DNA of 64,000 nucleotides from a virus. The stretch is from IMG/VR virus record IMGVR_UViG_3300037804_000367, positions 64,787 to 128,786 of that record; one strand, given 5' to 3'. The first letter of the stretch is position 1. Each line of letters begins with the position of its first letter. The position numbers were made by a program, and so were the translations under genes. Positions 53,122 through 62,030 of this stretch are shown here, one piece after another. The notes under the pieces are model-generated. The model ran no database searches, had not been told where the DNA came from, and saw only the letters and a program-made list of their open reading frames with translations.

Positions 53122-54639
53122 TTAGTCTATTAGTAGATCGAGCCCTTCTTCTTTAATAATTTTAGCTTCAACTTTCTTAGGTGGCTTCATTTTTGTACTT
53201 GGAAGTATGCGATAATACACAGCAAGCATTAGAGAACATAGCGCAGTAGAATAAACCTTTCCGTTTATTGCATCTAATCCATGACCTGCTGATTCTCTAG
53301 CAGAAGGCGATTCCCAATGTCCATCTTTGAATTGATTCTTAAGAAGCATCGGTTTCATCTTTTTGTCCCACTTTTTCCAAAGCTTCCCATCTTCAAAGAA
53401 CATTACTTGTGTGGCATAATACCATTCGTATAACATAAAAGAGTTTCCCTTCCATGCAATCTTTTCAATTGACTTAGTACTAATGTATGAATATGCTCTG
53501 TCGAATTTGTTATCTTTATTACCTAACAAACTCTTACACAATGCTCCAACAGCTGTCATTGAAGATTTTGGACCTTTTCCTGTACTGTATGCAAACCCAC
53601 CATCATATTCTCCAATGTTACTATAAAGGAGATCAACACCCTTTAAACTCTTATCTAATGCATTTACCAATCCTGGATGCTCTATGCCGGCCATATAAGC
53701 TGCTTTAAGTGCTTGAATGTTCCATCCTCCGAATGATAAATCATTTCGATCAGAGTGCTTGTAATCGTAGTCAAATCCGCCGTTAGGAGATTGTCCTTTT
53801 ACAATTTTATCAACTGCTATATTTAAAGCATCTTCAATCGCATATATTCCTGTAAGTGCATAAGCATCTGCTAGTGCGTAAGTACAAATTGCATATCCGT
53901 AACTATGTGAGCTTTTTGCTGAACCGTCTTTGATTGCTTTAATCATCCACTGAATACCTAACTTCATGTTCTTACCATATCTTTTTGAGGAAGGGGTTTC
54001 ACCGTCCGCTAATAATGCTAACATGGCGAGACCTGTCAGGCCTCCGTGTTGAGATGTACCCCAACTTCCATCAGGATTCTGATGATCGATTAACCATTTC
54101 AGAGCAACTTTCTGAGGAGTGATAGTATCATTTGCGCCATTGCTTTTTCTACCTTTGTTCTTTCCGCCGTCAGATCTTCCACCTGTCATTGGTGTCGCAA
54201 ATGCTGAATCAGAAATCTTTACATCTGATATGTCATCAAATGGTATATCATCATCAATTGTAGGAGTATCGATATCTGAATCTTCAGGAGTGGCTACTTC
54301 ATTTGTTTCTGTAATAATATCAGGAATGGAGGTAGCTAGATCATTTATAGTTGACACTTCAGGATCTTTCGGTTCTGGAATTTCCTCAGGAATGAGTTCT
54401 TCGAGTTCCACTATTTCAATATCTTGTAATGTGATTTCTATTTCAGCAATTGGTTCTGAAACAGTATCAATCAAAAATATGCATAACAAAACTATTAGAA
54501 TGAAATGAAACATTGTAGAGATGGCTGGACCTATTACAGCTTCCTTCAATCTCTTCTTTCTATAATCCTCCTGGATCTGTTCAATTTCAAGTTCATAGTC
54601 GAATTCCTCATCATATTCTTCTTCGTAGTACTCACTCAT
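53122..54639 (-). CDS. membrane-anchored prenyltransferase/squalene-cyclase-repeat protein
   Basis: TM helix, acidic linker, QW-type repeats WLIDHQNPDGSW, QSPNGGF.Y, QFKDGHW. Confidence 0.85.
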   Translation of the reverse strand: MSEYYEEEYDEEFDYELEIEQIQEDYRKKRLKEAVIGPAISTMFHFILIVLLCIFLIDTVSEPIAEIEITLQDIEIVELEELIPEEIPEPKDPEVSTINDLATSIPDIITETNEVATPEDSDIDTPTIDDDIPFDDISDVKISDSAFATPMTGGRSDGGKNKGRKSNGANDTITPQKVALKWLIDHQNPDGSWGTSQHGGLTGLAMLALLADGETPSSKRYGKNMKLGIQWMIKAIKDGSAKSSHSYGYAICTYALADAYALTGIYAIEDALNIAVDKIVKGQSPNGGFDYDYKHSDRNDLSFGGWNIQALKAAYMAGIEHPGLVNALDKSLKGVDLLYSNIGEYDGGFAYSTGKGPKSSMTAVGALCKSLLGNKDNKFDRAYSYISTKSIEKIAWKGNSFMLYEWYYATQVMFFEDGKLWKKWDKKMKPMLLKNQFKDGHWESPSARESAGHGLDAINGKVYSTALCSLMLAVYYRILPSTKMKPPKKVEAKIIKEEGLDLLID

Positions 54640-54703
54640 TTTGGTTTCCTTTTTTAGTTTACATCTTATTATCCTTACTTATATTTATTTTGTAGACAGT
54701 TTG

Positions 54704-54730
54704 ACTGTTTTTACTGTTTTTACTGTTTTT
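54704..54730. repeat. 3 x 9-bp tandem repeat ACTGTTTTT
   Basis: Exact tandem copies in an intergenic region. Confidence 0.85.
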
Positions 54731-54743
54731 AATGAATAGATAT

Positions 54744-54793
54744 AAAAAAAAAGAGAACTAAGCAATCGACGGGGAGGATTAGCTTAGTTCTCT
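54744..54793 (-). terminator. intrinsic terminator ending a structured RNA
   Basis: AGAGAACTAAGC/GCTTAGTTCTCT stem followed by a T9 tract on the minus strand. Confidence 0.85.
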
Positions 54794-55012
54794 ATAATTT
54801 TGTCAGTTACGATTCTGACGCCGTGTTATCGTAACGGCCGCTCTTGAAAAGATTAGAAAGGTCTTTTCTCAATCATCTTCACGCCTGTGTTATAATTTAA
54901 ACTCACTTCAGGTCTTTCGAGGTGTAACAGTTGGAACAGATTAGCAGCATATTCAAATCTCACCCGAAGGTCACACAATTCGATTTGACTTCACTACTGT
55001 TCCGATGCTCCC
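54744..55012 (-). ncRNA. unidentified structured RNA (~270 nt)
   Basis: Higher-GC intergenic tract: ~70-nt rod hairpin with UUCG loop (54933-55003), further hairpins, two adjacent hairpins with complementary loops, terminator. Confidence 0.6.
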
Positions 55013-55022
55013 TTTTAGGTAT

Positions 55023-55439
55023 TCATGTGTTGTTATTTAATGTTACTTTTCCATTTGGAAATACTATGAATATTTTACGTTTCTTTTTTCTAGCATATCG
55101 AATTGTCGACCAAGTTCCTGATCGAATTTGTTCTTCTTCTGAATTTGGAAACGCAATCATTATCTGTGAATCGTCTACAATGTCCTTATTCCTGTCCAAA
55201 TAAGATTTGGTAGGTAGAATTGTAGTGCCATTACAGAATGCACGATTTGATTTGTTTGTAGGGGGATGAATGACAGATTGTAAACCTAGTTCATCTAGGA
55301 CATTATGAAAAGCTAAATCAGCTCCTACACAATCTCCATGATGACCTTCAGTGACTTTTAATTCAACTAAAATGTGTCTCAAAACTTTTTCAGCCACAGT
55401 AGACATTGAATATCTATTTCCTGTCATTCCAATTTTCAT
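55023..55439 (-). CDS. SLOG/DprA-like Rossmann-fold protein
   Basis: IGMTGNR...HHGDCVGAD...DRNKDIVD...RSGTWSTIRYA. Confidence 0.65.
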   Translation of the reverse strand: MKIGMTGNRYSMSTVAEKVLRHILVELKVTEGHHGDCVGADLAFHNVLDELGLQSVIHPPTNKSNRAFCNGTTILPTKSYLDRNKDIVDDSQIMIAFPNSEEEQIRSGTWSTIRYARKKKRKIFIVFPNGKVTLNNNT

Positions 55440-55442
55440 ACT

Positions 55443-55775
55443 TTATTTTTTCCTATTATTATAAATGAGATCACTCATCCATAAGGTCCAATTACAAGCA
55501 TGAAAAGGTTTCTTGTATCTCCAGTGTTCTTTTTTATCAGACTTTCTGGATTTGGACTTGGTTTGTTTTTTAATTCTATATTGAGTTTTACGATAAATTT
55601 TCCAAGATCTTCTTGAGTTGTGAGCTTCTGGTCCATCGTCCCATGGATCATTTGTCTCCAACCACTTTGCTATCTTGAACTCTTTATTTGATTGTGCAGT
55701 TGCACAGCTCCATTTTCCGTAACGGTTTTTGGAATCATTTTCATCTTCGTAATAATCTAACTCTTCTTGTGTCAT
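55443..55775 (-). CDS. small basic protein, WKxxRxTQY family
   Basis: RRSWKIYRKTQYR. Confidence 0.7.
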   Translation of the reverse strand: MTQEELDYYEDENDSKNRYGKWSCATAQSNKEFKIAKWLETNDPWDDGPEAHNSRRSWKIYRKTQYRIKKQTKSKSRKSDKKEHWRYKKPFHACNWTLWMSDLIYNNRKK

Positions 55776-55865
55776 ATGATACTCCTTGTTGATTCATGTT
55801 TAAATACACGATCGAGTGTCATATTCCTTATATAATATTTTCATTTCGCTACCTTTAAATTTTAA

Positions 55866-56465
55866 TTAGTCGTACTCTTCAGCAAAATCTTCAAGCTTGT
55901 CAATCATTTCCCACATCGCTCCTGCTTGAGCATGGAAGTCATCAGAAGATACAGTGTAGTTTTCACCTTTATCAGCTTCTATGTAATCTCTCCACTTCTC
56001 AAGAAGCTCAGCTTCTTCTCTAAACTTCACAAGCATTTCACGAATGTCAAATTGACTTTGGCCAGGCTCATCATTACTTTCAGTTACAACTTCTTCTGAA
56101 ACTTCTTCGACAGACTCGTCCATGTCAGGCAAGCACTCAGAGAATCTATGAGTATCAGCTATGAAAGTATGTATTTTTTGTAAGCTTTCATCAAGATCAT
56201 CGCCGTCTGTTTTTTCATCAAACCCTTCTCCAGGTAGAATTGAAAGATCCTTAGAGCCCTTATCAAAACTAATACCTTCAATTGTAATTGGGAGTTCAAG
56301 ATCCATGTCATCAATAGCATCAAATAAAAACTCAGCTAATTCTTCGCCCTTATCATCTGAAATTTTATCATTCAGTTCAAATCCAAATTTTGTAGCTTTA
56401 CTCTCAGATAGTTTGTCATGCATGGAGTTATAAGCTTCCATAATCTGTTGTTTTTCATCTTGCAT
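55866..56465 (-). CDS. highly acidic protein (probable late/virion-associated)
   Basis: CATAAATA at 56498-56505 upstream; D/E-rich. Confidence 0.7.
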   Translation of the reverse strand: MQDEKQQIMEAYNSMHDKLSESKATKFGFELNDKISDDKGEELAEFLFDAIDDMDLELPITIEGISFDKGSKDLSILPGEGFDEKTDGDDLDESLQKIHTFIADTHRFSECLPDMDESVEEVSEEVVTESNDEPGQSQFDIREMLVKFREEAELLEKWRDYIEADKGENYTVSSDDFHAQAGAMWEMIDKLEDFAEEYD

Positions 56466-56522
56466 TGTATTATATTCCTATTATTAAATTATAAAAGTAT
56501 TTATGGTTAAACGGTAGTGAAA

Positions 56523-56864
56523 CTAGAATAAAAAGTTTTTCATTGTGACAAATGTCATCACTTCTGACACAGTTGCATCATCAGTATCATAGTCTTGACC
56601 CATTAATTGATTGAGAACATTTCCTTTTGCAATCTTTTCAGCTATCTTACTAGTGGTTACAATTTCAACAATATCAAACTTTGCTGGATTCGCGCGCTTG
56701 CTGAGAGGTGCTTTGCTGTATTGGATCTGTTTATCGAGTTGAACCAAAGTCATTAATAATTCATCTGAAAACAAATCAACATGGTCCCAAACAAATCCTT
56801 TAAAACGAGTCGGACGACAGTAACCTTTTACCAAATATTCGTTGAGTTTTTCTCTTGTAATCAT
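56523..56864 (-). CDS. hypothetical protein
   Basis: First gene after promoter, GGAG SD. Confidence 0.7.
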   Translation of the reverse strand: MITREKLNEYLVKGYCRPTRFKGFVWDHVDLFSDELLMTLVQLDKQIQYSKAPLSKRANPAKFDIVEIVTTSKIAEKIAKGNVLNQLMGQDYDTDDATVSEVMTFVTMKNFLF

Positions 56865-56887
56865 AACCGAATCTCCTAATTTCTTTT

Positions 56888-56928
56888 CTTACCTACTTTA
56901 ATATACACCCTTAAATAGATAAGTCAAG
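56888..56928 (-). promoter_or_regulatory. sigma70-type early promoter
   Basis: TTGACT...AAGGGTGTATATTAAAGTAGGTAAG. Confidence 0.8.
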
Positions 56929-56940
56929 GACAAAATGAAA

Positions 56941-57372
56941 CTATTTCTTAGGAGATTGTATGTGATTAATCAATATGTGAAAAGGTAATCTTATCGCTCT
57001 GTATTGTTTATCTTTTAACCTAGCAGTCATTTCTTCGCCTGCTCCTGGATTCATAGTATGAATCACTATTTGTTCTATGGTAGATAAATTAGATTCAATC
57101 CAACGTACGACTTCCATTCCAGTATCTTTACGATCAGAACTTACCATGACTTCTCCACCCAAATCATGATCTAGAAACAAGCTACCGACATCATTTGTTG
57201 ATAACAAGTCAATTATTTCTTGAGCAGTTTCCACACACACAGCATGTGGAATCTTTTCTAAAAAGGCTTTTGTTCGTTTTGGGTCATCATCTAAGAATAA
57301 AACATCAATCATTTTAATTGATTCCTTGTTTTTTGAGTTGTATTTGTTGACTATAAGAAACATAATTAGCAT
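56941..57372 (-). CDS. stand-alone receiver-like domain (cyclic-phosphate-processing type); probable start MIDVLF near 57312
   Basis: LFLDDDPKR...FLDHDLG...TGMEVVRWI...IHTMNP. Confidence 0.75.
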   Translation of the reverse strand: MLIMFLIVNKYNSKNKESIKMIDVLFLDDDPKRTKAFLEKIPHAVCVETAQEIIDLLSTNDVGSLFLDHDLGGEVMVSSDRKDTGMEVVRWIESNLSTIEQIVIHTMNPGAGEEMTARLKDKQYRAIRLPFHILINHIQSPKK

Positions 57373-57604
57373 TATGAATCATTACGATCGCGTGTTGAAG
57401 TGCTGCTTTTGCTGTTGGATGTTCTTCCGTGAACACAATACAATCCTGGTTAGTATCCAAATATTTTGCAGCCCAAAGCATCTCACAGAACCAGGTACCG
57501 TCTTTAATAGACTGACCTAAAGAAGTAACAATCCATTCTTCTGGAGTGTTAATAAATTCGATTCTATTTTGTGGTCTGAATAATTTCAAGATCCATTTGA
57601 ACAT
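57314..57604 (-). CDS. hypothetical protein
   Basis: Abuts nuclease stop. Confidence 0.6.
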   Translation of the reverse strand: MFKWILKLFRPQNRIEFINTPEEWIVTSLGQSIKDGTWFCEMLWAAKYLDTNQDCIVFTEEHPTAKAALQHAIVMIHNANYVSYSQQIQLKKQGIN

Positions 57605-58423
57605 TTATATCTTTGCTCCATCCATTGACCCTTTCATCTTCTCAAGTTTCTTAACCAGGTCTTCAGTTCCAGTATAATCAGAGTAAGTGAAAGCAGGACA
57701 AAGCTTAGCTTTATATCCTGGACACCATCTACAATATTGATTCTTTTTTGGTTGAGGATCGTTACAAGCTTCAATTTCAAACTTAGCATCTATTAACATC
57801 TTTTCTACCTCATCAGCTTCATCAAAGAAGTTACACTTTTGAATAAGATTGTGTTTTGCTTGCCAGAATTCAACATCAATTGATTTAAGATGTGGGAACA
57901 TTCTTTTGATAGCTAAAGTATAAATCTTTCCCTGAAGGTTTTCATCTAGTTCTTTTTTAGAAAACTTAACCTTTTGAGTCTTAATATCTATTACTGTTGC
58001 GTGAGATCCAATGATATCTAGTCTGTCAATGTACCCGAATATTCTCGTTTCACAATCGTTTAGTAACATATCCACAACTACCTCTGCACCATGAAATCTA
58101 TCAATAGTGTCCCAATACCCCATCTTCTTTAAACTCTCACACATTTCAATTACTTTCCTGATCAAAGTCTTTCGTGAAAGATCATATTTTTTACAGGCAT
58201 TAGCAATCAAATGAGAATATTTTGGGAAGCAATTTTGGTTATACATGTCCTCGTAAATTTGGTGAACAACAGAACCAACCATTGCACCATCATTTGTTTC
58301 TCGTGGAAGCTTCACTACATAATTATAATGATGTTTTAATTCACATTCAGTAAATGTTTTTAATCTACTTGCAGACAAATGTTTTAATTTTGGGATTTCT
58401 AGTTTAACAGCTTCGATTGACAT
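57605..58423 (-). CDS. PD-(D/E)XK nuclease, RecB/Cas4-like
   Basis: SASRLKTFTECE, GYIDRLD, IDIKT, QGKIY, C-terminal C..C...C. Confidence 0.88.
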   Translation of the reverse strand: MSIEAVKLEIPKLKHLSASRLKTFTECELKHHYNYVVKLPRETNDGAMVGSVVHQIYEDMYNQNCFPKYSHLIANACKKYDLSRKTLIRKVIEMCESLKKMGYWDTIDRFHGAEVVVDMLLNDCETRIFGYIDRLDIIGSHATVIDIKTQKVKFSKKELDENLQGKIYTLAIKRMFPHLKSIDVEFWQAKHNLIQKCNFFDEADEVEKMLIDAKFEIEACNDPQPKKNQYCRWCPGYKAKLCPAFTYSDYTGTEDLVKKLEKMKGSMDGAKI

Positions 58424-58484
58424 AAAGGATCCTTAGTTCGATTTACTTTTATTATCCTTTTTAAACTGTATAAGTTAAGAAGGA

Positions 58485-58907
58485 TTACTGGGAGAATGAT
58501 TGGATCTTTGTAGCGAATTTTAAAGGTCGGTGATCAGGTAATGAAGGAATTGAATATTTAATCTCAATATCATATTGGTTCTGATCTTCTTTAGGAGTAA
58601 CAGTAAGGTCATCAACTTCAATTCTTGGTTCAAACGTAGCGATACCGCTTTCAATCTCACGGCCGATTTGGTTAGCCGTGATACGATTGATAGGTTCATA
58701 AAGATACTGATGAATGTTTAACCCGTAGTCAGGTCTCCTAATTCTCATATTCTTGAACCAAGTAAAAAGATTTACCAACGATTGCTCGATAGAGAACTCA
58801 TCACGCTTTCCTTTCGGATCGTCAATGTCGTCCATGTTTAAATCTTTAAACTTAAATTCAGATGAGGTTTGGAGTAATGATCCAAGATCTCTGACTACGT
58901 TACTCAA
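58485..58907 (-). CDS. gp25: baseplate wedge subunit, T4 gp25-like
   Basis: SIEQSL.NL....RPDYG.NI..YLYEP....IE..I..FEPRI.V. Confidence 0.88.
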   Translation of the reverse strand: MSNVVRDLGSLLQTSSEFKFKDLNMDDIDDPKGKRDEFSIEQSLVNLFTWFKNMRIRRPDYGLNIHQYLYEPINRITANQIGREIESGIATFEPRIEVDDLTVTPKEDQNQYDIEIKYSIPSLPDHRPLKFATKIQSFSQ

Positions 58908-58909
58908 AA

Positions 58910-60580
58910 TTAATCTCCGTTTTCTTTACTAGGTTGCTTTTCATATTCATCAAGCAAAGCTAACAGTTCTTCAAAAACTTCTTGTGGATCGTCAGCATAT
59001 TCTTTATTCAATCCAAATTGAATAGCTTTTCTCATGTTTCCAAGAGCTGTTGTGTCAGCATGTTCATTTAGTTCACCTCTTGATTTATGTACATTTGTGT
59101 AATTGGATTTGAAATAACGGTCCCATTTATGTATGGTGCGACTATCCCACGTGTCTTTAAGTTGCTCTAATTCATCATCATTATGAGTAGCGTCTATAAT
59201 TTTTGCCCAGTACCACTCCTCCAGCATATCCTTACTCTTAGGGAAACTAGCAATAGCATTTTCTTTACTATCGTCCATTCCTTCGCCCATTTCTTCATAT
59301 GTGGCACCAGCATTAAGAACATCTTCGTCCCAATCTTCACGAATAACAGACTCATAACCTTTTGCTTTGATGTTAGCTTTGTATTCATCATAAAAAGTGT
59401 TGATCATTTGCTGCGTTTCATCATTGTATAAAAGGTCAACTGTGTACGGAAAGATTTCATTGAAGTGTTCAAGAGAAATAATTTTTGTTTCTTTATCTGT
59501 TTGCCACTCAGTTCTTTCAGTTTTAGGAGCACCTCTGCTAAATAATCTCTTAGCATAAGTTGAGAATACATTTTTAATTTGATCTTCTGAGAAATACTTT
59601 CCTAGAGCTTGCATTAATCCAGTGAAAGAATATATCATTTTGATATCATCACCTTCAGGAGCTGCTCCGAACATAATTTCAAACAATCCAGCCATGTCTT
59701 TAGAGTAATTAGAATCCTTAGAAGGTACTTCCATGAATACTTTCTTACCATCAACTGTTAATTGACCGTCATCATCACCAAACTTTGCATCTTTGTTTCT
59801 CTTATTGCCAGTAACAATAGCTTTCATTTCATCAGATGTTACAGGAACAAACTTTTGACGTAGTCCTTTGAAAGAAAGACTATGAAGACCAATAGTGTCT
59901 TTAACTGTTTTGCCTTTCTTCACTGACCCTTTGTCAGTAACGATTGCAACGTTCTTATTCTGAGAGATGTTCTCTGCCATAGCAAATAAAAGGATCTTGT
60001 GGAAGGCACCTTTAATACCCTTAGACACGTCATTCCAATCGGAGTTGTGTATAAATTTGGAAAATTCTGTTGGTTTATCATCTTCCCATTCTACAAATTC
60101 AAAGTCAACTTGTACGTTGATCTTTGTATCATCAGAAAGATTCATTTCAAATAAAGTGTTGTATTGATCACCAGCGTTGTTTTTTGACACGCCAAGATAT
60201 TTCACATTCTCTGTAATCCATTCGCCTTCAATAGACTTTAGAAATGTTTCCATGTTTTCATATTCAGATTCAGGTACAGTGAGATCGACATCTCCTACGC
60301 GCTGTTTGTGTTGAACATATTCTTCATCGGATATTTCACCGTTGAAGAATGATTCAGTACTTCCAGTGAATGCAGAACCATCCTTTAAGATACTAGTGTC
60401 CTTCCAAAGCGGATGACCAAATTGCTCTTTATATTGAAGGTTTAATTGTTCAAATAATTCTACAAGAGTTGTCTTAACTTCACTGCGACTTATTTTGGTA
60501 AGGTCCATTTTCTCAGCACGTGTTCCGTCTCCGAGCTCAACGTTTCCACCTTCTGATATTAATACTAAATTGCCGCCCAT
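58910..60580 (-). CDS. large-phage putative nucleotidyltransferase
   Basis: N-term GGN, GS..SF..., VGDVDLTV (GS/DxD Pol-beta-like motif), VQVDFE, KGAFHK. Confidence 0.6.
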   Translation of the reverse strand: MGGNLVLISEGGNVELGDGTRAEKMDLTKISRSEVKTTLVELFEQLNLQYKEQFGHPLWKDTSILKDGSAFTGSTESFFNGEISDEEYVQHKQRVGDVDLTVPESEYENMETFLKSIEGEWITENVKYLGVSKNNAGDQYNTLFEMNLSDDTKINVQVDFEFVEWEDDKPTEFSKFIHNSDWNDVSKGIKGAFHKILLFAMAENISQNKNVAIVTDKGSVKKGKTVKDTIGLHSLSFKGLRQKFVPVTSDEMKAIVTGNKRNKDAKFGDDDGQLTVDGKKVFMEVPSKDSNYSKDMAGLFEIMFGAAPEGDDIKMIYSFTGLMQALGKYFSEDQIKNVFSTYAKRLFSRGAPKTERTEWQTDKETKIISLEHFNEIFPYTVDLLYNDETQQMINTFYDEYKANIKAKGYESVIREDWDEDVLNAGATYEEMGEGMDDSKENAIASFPKSKDMLEEWYWAKIIDATHNDDELEQLKDTWDSRTIHKWDRYFKSNYTNVHKSRGELNEHADTTALGNMRKAIQFGLNKEYADDPQEVFEELLALLDEYEKQPSKENGD

Positions 60581-60641
60581 GATAATCGATTCCTTTAAAT
60601 TAGTGTTTACTTTATTTATTAATTTAATACCAACTATGTTA

Positions 60642-60857
60642 TCATCTAGCTTTTTTTAATCTAACAGCAACCGCAACAATAGCAGTGAGATCATTCTTGA
60701 CCACGTACTTTTGCAATTGTGTTTTCGCTTGATTGGATGTGATATCAAGTCGAGAATTAGCAATCAATTGAATTACTAAGTCTGTTAACTTTGATATATC
60801 ATTAGCATAGTAAGCATCATATACTTCTCTTAACTCATCATCTTTGATATCGTTCAT
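60642..60857 (-). CDS. hypothetical protein
   Basis: AGGAG SD. Confidence 0.65.
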   Translation of the reverse strand: MNDIKDDELREVYDAYYANDISKLTDLVIQLIANSRLDITSNQAKTQLQKYVVKNDLTAIVAVAVRLKKAR

Positions 60858-60868
60858 TTGATATCTCC

Positions 60869-61453
60869 TTATTTTACAGCATGTGCAAGTTTTACTAGCA
60901 CGTCAGTGTAAAGTAATGGACAGTAATTGTTCCTGTCAATAGCAACATTATAATGGTTATCAGCCACTTCAGGTCCTATTGAATGTATGTGTCCATGAAT
61001 AACATATTTGCACTCGCTGTCGTTATAAGCTTCATACATGTCAATTAACTTTCCAACATCTTCAGCTTTTTTTATTTGTTTCATTTGCTTTTCAAGTTCT
61101 TCATCAGTCTCATAAAGTGGATAGTGACAAAGAAATGTTTCTCCGCAAACGAAAAAAGGCTTCACGTCTCTAAATCCAAAATCATTTTTAAATTCATCAT
61201 CTGACATGTGGTCGTGATTGCCTCTGATAAGAATTTTATTTCCGTTTAATCTTTCCACAATCATTTTTAAATAGTTTTTGTTACTATGATTAGCAATAAC
61301 AAAATCACCAACAACAAACACTACATCATTTTCAGTAATGTTGCGGTTCCAATTGTGTATCATCTGTGCGTCAATATCTAATGGGCGATCGCAATACTTG
61401 ATAAGATTGAGGTGGCCAAAGTGATTATCAGATGTGACGAATACTTTTTTCAT
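60869..61453 (-). CDS. calcineurin-like metallophosphoesterase
   Basis: SDNHFGH, VGDF, RGNHD, CHYP, HGHIH. Confidence 0.92.
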   Translation of the reverse strand: MKKVFVTSDNHFGHLNLIKYCDRPLDIDAQMIHNWNRNITENDVVFVVGDFVIANHSNKNYLKMIVERLNGNKILIRGNHDHMSDDEFKNDFGFRDVKPFFVCGETFLCHYPLYETDEELEKQMKQIKKAEDVGKLIDMYEAYNDSECKYVIHGHIHSIGPEVADNHYNVAIDRNNYCPLLYTDVLVKLAHAVK

Positions 61454-61716
61454 TTTAAACTTCCTAATATGTTATCAACTACTATTTGAACAAACCTAGT
61501 TGATCCGTCTTTCACAGACGAGGGAATGTGAATAACACTTTCCTTTTTAAAGTTATTGTTTACTCTAAGTGTTCGCTTGTTTCCGTCTCTGGAAACCACA
61601 AGAGTGCTTTTTTCAGTTAAATAAATTTTAGTGACATAGTCGTTGACAACTTCACATGAAACTGTGACATTAGTTGGTTGTCCTTTTACGTGCACACATA
61701 TTTCAACATCAATCAT
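61450..61716 (-). CDS. hypothetical protein
   Basis: ORF in gene train. Confidence 0.6.
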   Translation of the reverse strand: MIDVEICVHVKGQPTNVTVSCEVVNDYVTKIYLTEKSTLVVSRDGNKRTLRVNNNFKKESVIHIPSSVKDGSTRFVQIVVDNILGSLK

Positions 61717-61991
61717 TTATTACGTTTTCTCCCAGTTCGAGACTGTTTTCTTTTTGCCTTTAATTGTTTACGAGTAGGCTTTTTCTTTTTAGTGGCATTC
61801 TTTTTTCTTTCAGCTTCAGAAACCATTTTTTTCAATTGCTGTTGAAACTGCTTCATTACCGCTTGTTGGTATTCTTCGTCACTCATTGACGGAAAAGGAC
61901 TTTTATCAGGAAGTTCACCACTTGTAGTTGCCTGAGTAATTATATCAGTTACTGTTTGCCCATCAGTATTTTCTACATTATCTTCTGTCAT
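61713..61991 (-). CDS. hypothetical protein, acidic N-terminus and basic C-terminus
   Basis: AAGGA SD. Confidence 0.7.
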   Translation of the reverse strand: MTEDNVENTDGQTVTDIITQATTSGELPDKSPFPSMSDEEYQQAVMKQFQQQLKKMVSEAERKKNATKKKKPTRKQLKAKRKQSRTGRKRNK

Positions 61992-62030
61992 CCGTTGTAT
62001 CCTTTCTATTATATATAATTGTTTTGTGGT

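Noticed and set aside
57605-58423. Phage CRISPR-Cas adaptation module
   Set aside because: A lone Cas4/RecB-like nuclease is common in phages; no cas1/cas2 or array lies in the window.
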